From assembly GCA_040954595.2 (NCBI GenBank), contig CM082587.2, forward strand, positions 10,049,403 through 10,113,402: a stretch of DNA of 64,000 bases, written 5' to 3'. This document shows, piece by piece, positions 53,177 through 64,000 of the stretch (the first letter of the stretch is position 1; each line of letters opens with the position of its first letter). Source of the DNA: Balanoglossus misakiensis. Lineage: Eukaryota; Animalia; Hemichordata. Position numbers and translations under genes: made by a program. The notes under the pieces were generated by a model. It saw only the letters and a program-made list of their open reading frames with translations, ran no database searches and was not told the origin of the DNA.

Positions 53177-56147
53177 ATACTTCACCCCTGCACAAATAAA
53201 TCATAACATTGCCCTTCCCACTGATATATAATGGGGGACAGGTTGAATACAAATGCCTGGCGGTGAAAGATCACCGCAAGTGAAGGAACTTTATTATATT
53301 TAATTAAACAGGTACATTTTGGGGTTATATCTGAGGTCAACAAGAATTCTGAGGTCCGGGTTCTGAGGTTCTGAAACTTCAGAGGGCTCTGAGGGGCTCT
53401 GAGTCAGAGGGCTCTGAGTCAGAGGGCTCTGAAAAGTCAACTCTACCTTCGTTCCTACAATGATCAGAAGACTTCTTTCACGTTCAAAAAACATGTGCTA
53501 ATTATAGAACATACGTAAGAGAGTATGTTAACTTGAACAACATCTTTGGAGAACATATAAACAGAGTATACTGCTTTGTATTGCCTCGTTAGCCTTTGTG
53601 TAAATTACAGGCTCTTGCTTCTAATACTTGTGTCAAACATTTTGCTACACCCACACCCATAGTGGGTGTATGGTTTGGGTGCTACTTCTTCTTTCATACT
53701 CCTGTAGCCCATGTGTGTCCTGTCTTCAATATTGCAGAATCTTGTATTAGAAATGCAGCTTTATGAAGCATGGAGCCACCGGCCCAGCTGTAGTATTTGC
53801 GACCTTGTCCACTTAGCATTGGTTCGTATTTACATATTATAACTGCTGTCTTGAAATCTAGCAGAATCACTTGAGGGAGGTTAGTAGCATTGTGCTGAGA
53901 ACACTTGTTCAGTAACTCTTAGAGTCTATAAAGTGAATTATTTTGCTCCTATAGTGGAATATTTCAGCAGATTTCCCTCTCCAACAGACAAAAAAGGGTA
54001 TTTATCCCATCACTGATTTAACCGAATATGGAAGTGAAAAATGGCTGACGATCTGCAACAGACATGCTCTATCACACTGCTGACTTCTGCACCTGGGCTT
54101 CTGGGATACAGCTATGTCACATATATACCCCTATTCATTGGAGTGAAGCGTATAGCATGCCATTTGGGGATGCAGCAATCATGGATCACCACAGGGTCCC
54201 ACCTGGAGTACAGTTCAACTTGGCATTCAGCTCAATAGGCAGAAATTATAGCAAATGGGTTTCCCATTGGCTGCCCATATGCGATGTCACTTTAATATTT
54301 AGCAGTTGTCAGAATTCCTTCTTCCTTGCCGTCAGAGGCATACTATTCTTTCCACATTACGAAACTATCATTTTATAGGTTATACATGTACTGGTACATG
54401 TGCCTGTACATATGATATTATTGAGGTGCAGACGTCAACACCTATGGGGTAAACGTCCACCTGTGATCACTAAGATACATCTCTCAGCTAGTATTGCCTC
54501 TGATCATAGTGATCATCTTCCTTGTGTCATTTACAGGTGTTGTCATTGATATCTCTGATATTGTCAGCTCTGTCAAGTTGTGGGCAGCTTCATCTTTCTG
54601 AGACCTCTGGTCATCTGAACTTGATGACAACTGTTTTACCTAAATCCGTCAGTTTCAATGGGATCTTATGGATATTGCTAAGGCCAAATCACTCAAGTGT
54701 AAAAAATGTTTCCATCAAAGACGTTACACATCATGACATGGGGACAGGCCTCAAAATGCAGTGAAATGTATGGTGACAATCACCTGACAACCTTCGTGCT
54801 TCACTACAAGTCTTGATTTGCATCAGACCATTTTTCTGCATGCCTGGCAGTCCAGTGTCGTGGGAATTAACCCCTGCACATAAAACTGAGCTTCATGCAG
54901 TTCTGTCTTTTACTATATCACCAGAAAGCACATAGCCTTATCCATTCAAGTGGTGTTAGTAGACAAGAACAGCCAATACCACATCAACCGACCAGGCACG
55001 AGCTCTGTTTAATTACTCTCTCAAATCCTTTTATCACTCATGTACTCACTGGATCCTGTTCCCTCAGCCAATCCATTCACAGTTTGAAATCTACATATGT
55101 ATTAGTTTTCTTTTCTCTTTACTATTGTCTATGGTTCTTGGTATGTGTTGAGATGGTTGTTACAGCTGTGACTTATCTCTATTGGCAGAGGCCTGTCTGA
55201 CTGATTGGCCTTTTTATGATACACACAATTTGACATAATGTCAAGGGAACCGAGAAAAAATACTTTGCCAGGAGGATGGGTCAGGTCAGATCACTCTATT
55301 CCTGAAAATTACTTTGAGCTAGACCATCAACTCATGATTTCAACCCTAAGCTATCTTATAGCAGGCTCCCAGATCCACATGTTTCTCACCATGTGATGAA
55401 TATTTGTCCAACCATGGAGTATTGCTCTTCAGGAATGATGAATAGTCAAGCCATTTGCAAGAGTGCAGTGGAGATTGCATTGTACTTCACCAAGGCATAC
55501 TAGAGATCATGACAGCTGAGGTGGATGGTATATATCTCACCAGGAGACCAATTTGCTTTATGCAGTTTGTTAGGCTCAGATCTTTGTTCTTCTTAATCAT
55601 GAAGCCCTCCTACTTTCAGCCCACATGAGTGCTTGTGTTGTGAGTTAATATACCTAAAATAAATTTGTACTGTACAGCAGTGAATCTAGGACCACCCAGA
55701 AGGAACATAAGCTCAATGCCTCATACATGTACTACGCTGTTCCGGATCTAGACCAACATCCCAGCACGCAGATCCATAGTCTCTTGAGACTGAAGGACGC
55801 CAACAGACCTCATTTCTACTGCCTTCCCATCTTGGGACAGTTTAATCTTGTGGAACACACAGGGAACTTCACCAGCTAGCTCATGCATCTGGCAGCAATA
55901 TGAAGATGCTTTCTTTAGTTCTGTCTCACTTCAGAGAGGGGAAATTTACACAAAGGCTATTATTAGGGACAACTGAAGTATACTCTTTTTGAGATAAAAT
56001 TCTTCCATCAATGTGAGTGAGGGTTTCCAAACGTCACTCAACCCATGAATCAAAGTGTTATAACTCACCTCATCTGACCTTGAAACAGACACAAAAGAAA
56101 TGTTTACAACAACATCATGAATAATATGTACAGATATGTACATGTAT

Positions 56148-57938
56148 CAGACCCGCCAATAAGTATTTACGCACCCACGTTCTGCAGTGAAAAAGTTTCA
56201 GAAACATGAATTAACACACCTTGCAGACAGTTTTTAGCAAAAATTCAACTACATTTAATAAATTCAAGATAAGTAACAGTCGTAGAACAAAAATCTTTCA
56301 TCTGTGATTAAATTTGAGTGAGACATATCGACGTAAAAATAGATGTGAGACGGAGTCAGCGAAACATTCCATTCTCTATGGGAACAACAATGAAAAAAAC
56401 GTCATGAATATTCATGAGGTGAATTGAACGAACCAAATGTCAATAATAGTGGATATGTCCACCCCTTGGCCTAATGACCTCTCGCTGGTGCTTCGACGTA
56501 GTATCGACAAGTTTCCGACACATATTTTGCAGGAATTGTTCCCAAGATATTACTATGCGGTTAAAAAGGTCGTCGATGCTGTGTATTGGACGGGAATGAA
56601 CGTCCAAGTCGATTAACTCCCACAGGTTCGCGATGGGGCTCAAATCAGGAGACTAGGCTGGTCACTCCAACGTTGTAAAATTGTCGAACGGATAGCCGTA
56701 ATCCTGGGGATTTTGTAGAAATGATTTCACATCCAAGGCAGTATGTACGGGGGGCATTATCCTGTTGGAACACAAAATCTGGCCCGACGAGTCTCAAAGC
56801 CGGTATCATTTTGTTTTATAAAACGTCTAAGTACTTCCAGCGATTCATGGTGTTCTCGACTCGAACGAGCGAAACCAACACCTGCAGCCAAGAAACAACC
56901 CCAAACTATAACACTGCCACCACCAAACTTTACTGTGGGACTGTCATTCAATTTCGTACTCCTCGCCCGGTCGCCTTCTAACGAAAACTCTCCCTCGGCT
57001 CTTAAACACGGTGAACTTTGACTCATCCGACCAAACAACCTGGGACCGCTGAACAGGTGTCCAGTTGACGCATGGACGTAAAAAGAGACGTAAGGCCGGG
57101 CGAAACGTAGTCGCGCTGTGATGTGCCGGGGTTGTAATTTCGGCTTTTTCTTGGCCACACATCCATGGAGTCTGGCTCCTCTATACAATCGAGATTTGAT
57201 GGTACTCATACTCAAAAGTTTCCCGGTATCCTCATGAAACTTAGCGCGGAGGTCACGGGCCATCTTGAATCTGTCCGTCAGGCTTGATCTAATCAACATT
57301 CGGTCTTCCCGTTCAGTTGTTCGCTTTGGTCGTCCAGATCGATGTAAATTGTCCGTGCTACCATTTGAACAAGTTTCCTAATGTTGTACCTGACGCTGCC
57401 TTCTGTGATTCCAAACTTCCTTGCAATTTCTCGTTTTCTCAAACCTTGCCTATGCAGTGACTCAATTTGACCTTTCACAAATTCAGGAAGTTCGCGAACT
57501 TTAAGCATGATTTCATTGATCCAATGTTTACAAACAAAAATTATGCAGCAACCTCCGACGACCTCGATCAGAATATTCATAAGCAAATCTGGCAGATTTT
57601 CCCGCACCAAAATTTAATCAGAATTATATTTAAAAGCTCTGATTGGTGGAGATTTAAATATGAATAGAGGGAAATTAGCCACGGACACAATGGCGCGAAA
57701 AGTTAATGAAAATGAGTATACCGCCATTGCAATAATCATAGGAAATTTCACTGGCCGAAAAACACGCCACATATGCAGTCAGATTCGGCGCGGCAACACA
57801 TCTGTGTTGACTAAAATGGGTTAAACCTTCCGTAAGTTATTTATATTCAGAAATAAGTTACAGTCGATCGATTTTGTGAATAATTTTTCATAGCTTACAT
57901 TCATTGGCAAGGTGCGTAAATACTTATTGGCAGGTCTG
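56148..57938 (-). mobile_element. Full-length but defective Tc1-family transposon
   Basis: 28-bp TIRs CAGACC(C/T)GCCAATAAGTATTTACGCACC. TA at the right end, TAT at the left. Confidence 0.92.
56440..57508 (-). pseudogene. Tc1 transposase pseudogene
   Basis: HTH region (MLKVRELPEF..REIARKFGI), KKKP.L, WSDESKF, TVKFGGGSVIVWGCF, FQQDNAP, SPDLSPIANLW, RGGHIHY. Several frameshifts and stops, and the catalytic E position reads A. Confidence 0.93.
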
Positions 57939-59183
57939 TATATATAAAGCCTCTCTAAAGCCAGTGAATGAGACCTGGTATACTTGACAAATGAAAAATA
58001 ACAGCATCTGTCAGTCATGCACACATGTTCACTTTTGTCATATAATGTAAAGCCAAACATAATTTCGCAAACAAATTTGCACTAGAGATTGTAGCATCCT
58101 GCAATGTGTTGCAAGTAAATTCGCTGAAAATATAATGTAATAGCTAGAAGCTCAAAAAATGAAATCATACGCTTTGTATGGAATGTTACGTTTGTCACAG
58201 ACTACATGCATCGTCATGGTGACTGAAATTCAACAGCCAATGCATCCATTTTTGCTGTTTATTAAAAAAAAAAAGTGCATTTATCAGAGGTCGTGTTAAC
58301 GCAGAAATTATGTATATTTGATGCCAAAATACTCATTTGACTTGAAAATCTTAATAAGTGCATCAATATTGACGCATAGGAATGGCCTCTCTATTTGTAC
58401 AATGGTCAAAGTAAACCACACGCATACCGCTGACTATCCCCTGGAATCAAAATAATCACTTGTGTGCCCGACCTTTTGTACTCAAAATGTAGTTAATTTT
58501 GTTTGATGAATTTTGAATTAGACATGTGTACAACGCAGGCTAAGTAAAAGGAGTTTGACACATTTTTTTATGATTTCATCAAAAATACGCACTCAAAAAA
58601 ATGTTATCGCGACCTCTGTTTATTATCAAATACAAAAACATCTACATATTAGTGGTGTTACATATATTCAACCTCGATTAAAAATATTTGTAAAAGTACA
58701 AAGGCAAATATGGAGCATAATGATAATCACCAAAATTCAGCTAGACAGATAAAAATACAAATTGTTATTTCACCAGGTAAAATTCCTCAAATTTACAAGC
58801 AAATTAGTATATTATCAGTGTTTCAGCCAGCTTTTGAAAGCACACAGTACTAGAAAAATCTCATGACTCATTCTGATTTGTACCAACAGATATTCCTCTA
58901 TCAAACCAGGCAAAGTTCACATGTGAACAGAGAATTGTAGATCACTAATACCAAGTTCGAGATCGTAATTTTAAGGCAAATCTTACTGTGAATAACTATT
59001 TCAAATTATTTTTAAAATTATGCATTATTGAGAGAGGAGATACTAATTTTATAAAATAATCAAGCAATTGCATAGCTAGCTATACAAAAAAGTTTGAAGT
59101 AAAACAGGGACACTTGAAATACCCGTTTAATCAAACAAAAATTGATTTTTCTATTGACAGAACAAAGGAAATTTACATGTTAA

Positions 59184-62100
59184 CCAGATATCTCCCAAAT
59201 CGTAATCAGTATGAAGCTCTCATGGCTGCCCAGATCAGATCAAGTTGCAAGTTTTAATGACCTGCCCAGGCACCGGTCATTCTAATTACTCAAATCTTAA
59301 TTACTTGTAACCCGAAACTGGTGAAGCTGTTTGAATGCTTTCAAATACAGTTTAGGAGGTCAGTCTGTTGCTGCTGTTTTGCAAAGCTCTCAAGTATACT
59401 TCAGACGGGCAGAATTAAACTTGTAACATGGATTTTGGTGAGTACAAGTTTATGTATGACTGGTGATATACCTTCAGTCAACAAGCAGAACTGGCAAAAT
59501 ACAAAAGTTGGCTGTGATTGCTGACAAAACTGACCAGGGGTCAGATTACGATTCACTGCATTACCAACAGTTCAGTGTCTGGCATTTCTCTGTGCTTTCT
59601 GTATATTTTGTCCAATGGGTGGACTAATGACAAGTGTTCTCCTATACTTGTCATTACAGATAAAGTGGTGCATGATTACAGAATGTCCACACGAGAAATT
59701 GCCTCTTTACAAGTCACTGAAGAAGAAAGTGCTCTTCTTACAGGTGAATCAACTACACGGTCTGGGGCTGTGCGAAGACACGTGTACTTTAGGGAAGATG
59801 GGAGCATTACCCCTACTCCTCCAGACAGGGGTGACGAGCAAGGACAGGGAGAAGTAGTTTCTGGTGCCGAAGCCAGCACTACAGATGGTGAGATTCCCAG
59901 CAGATCTCACCAGGGAAATGAGTCTCCGATGGACATTTCCGACAACGAACAAGACATTTCGGCAAACAGATCTATGAGGGCTAGAAAGCGAATCAGGTAT
60001 GAACAGTTGGATGACACTGAAAGTGAAGAATGGAGCAGTGATCCTGATTATGCCCCTTCTTCAGATCCTGATTCTGATATTGATACAACATCTGGTGACG
60101 AGGACGAATCTGCCGATGAAGGATTGACTGAAGGGGCACGTCGACGTGTTCGCAATGTACCCCTCACCAGAATAGAATCTACTTGGCGGGAGAGCGGTTA
60201 CACGGAACCAACTCATCACGATGATGACGACAGTGACAGTGATGATAGCGATGACTGGTCCTATAGATTGAAGCCACACAACAATCTGCATGCCTTCACC
60301 GGCAGTCCTGGTGCCTCGGTAGATTTGGGAGATGAACCCACTCCCCTTAGTACGTTCCAGAAAATTTTCCCACCATCACTGGTAACAAAGCTGCGACAAG
60401 AAACCAACAGCTACGCCAGGTGGGTGAGACGGCAAACTGGTAAGGAGGACAGATTTTGGTCACCAGTTGACAACGATGAGATGCAAGCCGTCATCGGTAT
60501 ATTGATATTGATGGGTGCAGATCCAAAACATGAAGTCGCTGACTACTGGTCGACAAATAGATCACTCCGAAATGACTTCATTGCCAGTGTTATGAGCAGA
60601 AATCGGTTTCAGAAGATAATGCAGTATTTCCACTGCAATGACGCTGACCGAGACCCAGCTAATATGGAGGTGGGTGAAGCACGAAGGAGGGCAAGACAGG
60701 CACAACCTATGTATAAGGTGGCACCAGTACTTGACGCTGTAATGGCAAACTCTCGTGAGTGCTATGGCCTGCATGAACAGATAGCCATCGATGAATCAAT
60801 AGTGGCATACAAGGGACGATACAACGGTATTCCTACTGTATTCATCAAGGGAAAACCACACGCGAAAGGCTTCAAAGTCTATACCCTTGCAGACAGTGTC
60901 ACTAATTACATGGCAAATATGAAGTTCATGACAACAACTGGCAGTCATGAAAACGATATGCGTGATGTCTCAAGAACGACAGCCATCTGCGTAGACCTGG
61001 TACAGCATGTACAGGGACAGTATCACACCCTTTTTACGGACAGTTTCTACACAAGCATGCCATTGGCGACAACACTGCTTGAGGAGTACCAGACATATCT
61101 GGTTGGCAGCATCCGGCAAGATAGAGTGGGTTTTCCTAATGCACTACGTACAAACCCCAAAAGGAACCCAAACAGTGCGCAGATAGCAGGGTTACAAAGG
61201 GGACAGTTTGTCACTCTGCAGAAGGGCAACTTGGTAGTGGTCGCATGGAAAGATTCGAGCCTGTTGTATTTAGTGACTAACTGTTATGAAGGCTATAGAA
61301 CGGATGGCCAACGAGTGGTCCGATACGTAAAGTCGGCTGCATTACTGAGAAAGATTGCGTACAGCCTGCCAGCGCCTGATGTGGTTTCCAAGTACAACCA
61401 GTACATGGGTGGTGTCGACAGAGCCAATCAGCTAAGATCGTACTATACATCTCAGCGACAAACCCACAAATGGTGGAAGTACATTTTCTTCTTCCTGCTG
61501 GACACTGCGATATCAAATAGCTGGATAATCTACACCGAACTGGTTGATGAGCGGAAAAAGCACAAGGCCTTCCAGGTCGATGTTGGCAATGCAATGGTTG
61601 GTGGCTTTACTTCCCGCAAACAAATGCTAACCAGCACGGCACCACCGATACACACATACAAGCATCACAGCTTGGTGAAAGGGGATGGCAGAGGTGCAAG
61701 CTGTAGAATGTGTATAAAGATGGGAAGGAAAACCCCGAGTGGCTGTTTTGTCACCACAGTGTTCCTGTGCAGCCAGTGCCGTATACACCTTTGCAAAGAC
61801 TGCTTCCTACCCTACCATCACGTAGCCACAGGTAGTCCAAGTGTTGTGGCTGTTACCCAAACAGAGGTGGATGACCTAAATGAGGCAATGAGACGGTGGA
61901 CTATAGCACAACCTCGAGGCAGAGGAAGACCGTCTACAACCGGGACAGGGAGGCAGCAGCCTGTAGCCGCCGAGCCACATGCTGGACCCAGTGGACAACA
62001 GTCTGTGAATCGCACAGCAAGAAGGGGACGTGGTGCTTCCAGAGGAACTGCAAGATCGGTCGCCGCAGAAAGACAGCAGTCCATCAATGAAGCACAAGCT

Positions 62101-62587
62101 CCAACAAGAGGACGACCACCACTTCAAAGGGGAAGTCGCGGTGGACGGATGAGAAGAAATGGTCCCAAGGGGCGGGGGGCTACTTGAACGCAAACAAGTG
62201 TTAAATTTGGGCCCTGGGGCGGGGGGCTCTTTGTCGTTAGAGAAGTAAACTACTGGTATAACACTTTCGTCTTGTGTCTTGCAGGATTAGTCGTGAAGTT
62301 GCACACAAGCAAACATACTGCCATATTTTGAGGTAGGCTAAACATGCTAGCCAACTCGGAACTATTGGTAGTGCAGTGAATCGTAATAGGCCTGGGTCTG
62401 ATGTACTTGCAAACTCAATAAGCCCAACTCTGAAGTACTTGCAACATGTTGACGGCCCAAGTCTGATTTACTCAGTCAAAAAAACCCTATGGGAAATCCA
62501 TGACAGGTTGCAACAAATCCAGACTTGGTAGTTTAGAATGGCAAACCCATGGGAGCTTCCTATGTATTACGGCTGGGAGAAAGAGGA
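59184..62587 (+). mobile_element. piggyBac-superfamily element with degenerate TIRs
   Basis: TTAA at 59180-59183 and 62588-62591. Left CCAGATATCTCCCAAATCGTAATCAGTATGAAGCTCTCATGG vs right (rc) TCCTCTTTCTCCCAGCCGTAATACATAGGAAGCTCCCATGG. Internal 29-bp inverted repeats at 59545-59573 and 62359-62387. Confidence 0.75.
59683..62187 (+). CDS. piggyBac-family (PGBD4-like) DDD transposase, 834 aa from first ATG (845 aa if spliced from ATG 59428)
   Basis: Uninterrupted ORF: acidic N-terminal region, MSRNRF motif, catalytic IAIDES / FTDSFYTS / YNQYMGGVD, KWWKYIFF, cysteine-rich CxxC..CxxC..LCxxCF..YH domain, then an R/G-rich tail. Confidence 0.95.
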   Translation: MSTREIASLQVTEEESALLTGESTTRSGAVRRHVYFREDGSITPTPPDRGDEQGQGEVVSGAEASTTDGEIPSRSHQGNESPMDISDNEQDISANRSMRARKRIRYEQLDDTESEEWSSDPDYAPSSDPDSDIDTTSGDEDESADEGLTEGARRRVRNVPLTRIESTWRESGYTEPTHHDDDDSDSDDSDDWSYRLKPHNNLHAFTGSPGASVDLGDEPTPLSTFQKIFPPSLVTKLRQETNSYARWVRRQTGKEDRFWSPVDNDEMQAVIGILILMGADPKHEVADYWSTNRSLRNDFIASVMSRNRFQKIMQYFHCNDADRDPANMEVGEARRRARQAQPMYKVAPVLDAVMANSRECYGLHEQIAIDESIVAYKGRYNGIPTVFIKGKPHAKGFKVYTLADSVTNYMANMKFMTTTGSHENDMRDVSRTTAICVDLVQHVQGQYHTLFTDSFYTSMPLATTLLEEYQTYLVGSIRQDRVGFPNALRTNPKRNPNSAQIAGLQRGQFVTLQKGNLVVVAWKDSSLLYLVTNCYEGYRTDGQRVVRYVKSAALLRKIAYSLPAPDVVSKYNQYMGGVDRANQLRSYYTSQRQTHKWWKYIFFFLLDTAISNSWIIYTELVDERKKHKAFQVDVGNAMVGGFTSRKQMLTSTAPPIHTYKHHSLVKGDGRGASCRMCIKMGRKTPSGCFVTTVFLCSQCRIHLCKDCFLPYHHVATGSPSVVAVTQTEVDDLNEAMRRWTIAQPRGRGRPSTTGTGRQQPVAAEPHAGPSGQQSVNRTARRGRGASRGTARSVAAERQQSINEAQAPTRGRPPLQRGSRGGRMRRNGPKGRGAT

Positions 62588-63596
62588 TTAACTTTCAACA
62601 GAGACTGGCCACCTCAGTTAGTCATTTGCTTGTTTCCTCTAAAGTGTGACATTTGCAGTACATGAATATCTAGATTCCTATGGCTTCTAATTTTGATTTT
62701 GAAATTTTCACTCTATTAATTGCTCAACATACTTTTCCTAGATAAAAATAAATAAATTTATATGTACTTAATATCATTGTTAGCATGTAAAACAGAAAAA
62801 GTTATTAAATGGGCAACGTTCAAATATACAAATCATGGAGAATTGTGGGTAAAATATTGTACTGTGAAGCATGGGGACATTGTGACCCGCAGCAGGTTAT
62901 AAAGGGGGACAAATCATATTTTCGGGGGACAATATATCAGGACAGGGTTCTCCCTGGGAATAATCATAGTGTCGGGGCTAATTTCCATAAAATTTACATA
63001 ATTATAGGTTCTTTTGGACATCACTAAGGCCCCTCAACATCGATATAATATATTTAATATTATAGCTTTATCAAGTGAATTTTGTGATGTCATAGCTGTA
63101 AATTATTATTGATAATGTATCGTGTTAGACGTGGACGCGCAACACACTCAAGAACCAGCCAGACTGAATAACGGAGCTTTCAAACAATGCGAACATATTA
63201 AGGGCTAAAAAAGAAATGCAAACATACACAGAATAAATACAATGTACTGCGATATTTATTAATTTCAAATCTGACCTTGACTAGCGATTTGTTTATTTAT
63301 TTTCTTCCTAATGCGGCTCTACATGTCATCTGCTCTTTTCAACATGGCTCGGTCCCACACGTAAAGCAAACCTCTCAATGATACTGGATTTGACATTCGT
63401 TCACCATACATACCGTGTACCATGTACCAAGCAGTCATGTCAAAAAAGTTATACGTAAAAAGTTATGCCGTAGTTGTCACTGTCATGTTGTCTACGCGAT
63501 ACAGAGGGTCGATCGAGGGCGAGTTTGTTTATGTATTGCAACCTTCTGAGCGCCCGTATACGTGAACTTTCCTGAGAACACTAATGAATGCAAATA

Positions 63597-63775
63597 CAGT
63601 CAAACCTGTCTATAGTGACCAGTCAAGGGACTTTACCAAACTGGCCTTTATAGACAGGTGGTCTTTATAGACCGGTTAATTTATACACATGTAAATTGTA
63701 CAGGGACTGTAACTAAGTGGCCACTATATAGAGGTGGTCACTATATAGAGGTGGTCACTAACACAGGTTTGACTG
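63597..63775. mobile_element. Short Tigger/pogo-type MITE
   Basis: TA|CAGTCAAACCTGT ... ACAGGTTTGACTG|TA with repeated GTGGTCACTATATAGAG motifs. Confidence 0.88.
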
Positions 63776-64000
63776 TATTGCCTGAGTCCTCACCAAGATT
63801 TCACAAAAATCAAAACTTTTTCAGATATATTTCAGCAGAACCCTTAATATATTTTCACTTGCGTTAATAAACCTTCATTATTTATTTCCTGATGTTTGAA
63901 TATGATACTAGAAATGTACAGTATATGGATTGACTGCAATCAGCTGATCTTTTGTTTATGCCATTCCTCTGTTTTCGATATCGGTGGGGGGGAGGAGATC

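Larger units (their letters stand above)
50101..53447. mobile_element. Mutator-like (MULE) non-autonomous element with ~150-bp TIRs
   Basis: GGTAGAGTTGACTTTTCAGAGCCC... (50101-~50250) is the near-perfect reverse complement of ~53299-53447. Flanked by the direct repeat TTCGTTCCTA (50091-50100, 53448-53457). G termini, long TIRs and a ~10-bp TSD fit MULEs. Confidence 0.85.

Noticed and set aside
53460-56140. Moderately GC-richer unique stretch that might be a decayed coding sequence
   Set aside because: The frames examined are stop-ridden and I could not recognise any family motif. A tBLASTx/HMM search is needed.
59518-59682. N-terminal 55 codons of the 889-aa ORF call
   Set aside because: Begins at TTG and mostly lies in the predicted intron and internal repeat. 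ATG 59683 or spliced ATG 59428 is more plausible.

Overview
AT-rich, repeat-dense eukaryotic genomic DNA with GT-AG intron signals, microsatellites and many animal-type transposon families. It resembles an invertebrate metazoan genome (inference only). The only long intact non-repetitive ORF is a piggyBac-family DDD transposase (~59.4-62.2 kb). It lies in a TTAA-flanked element with eroded terminal repeats, a probable 5' intron, and an unusual Arg/Gly-rich tail carrying AT-hook-like RGRP motifs after the cysteine-rich domain. The window also holds a dead Tc1 element with apparently atypical DD42E spacing, a DIRS/Ngaro RT-RNaseH relic, L2-clade LINE 3' ends, hAT fragments and a probable LTR. 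There are many non-autonomous DNA elements (Kolobok-, Harbinger-, pogo/Tigger-, Mutator-, hAT- and Helentron-type, often nested), seven tandem arrays, a foldback satellite and a 2-kb tandem duplication. Chains of canonical splice sites suggest one or two plus-strand spliced transcripts (orphan gene, pseudogene or lncRNA). No CRISPR array, rRNA or tRNA was recognised. All calls are by eye; no database search was run.
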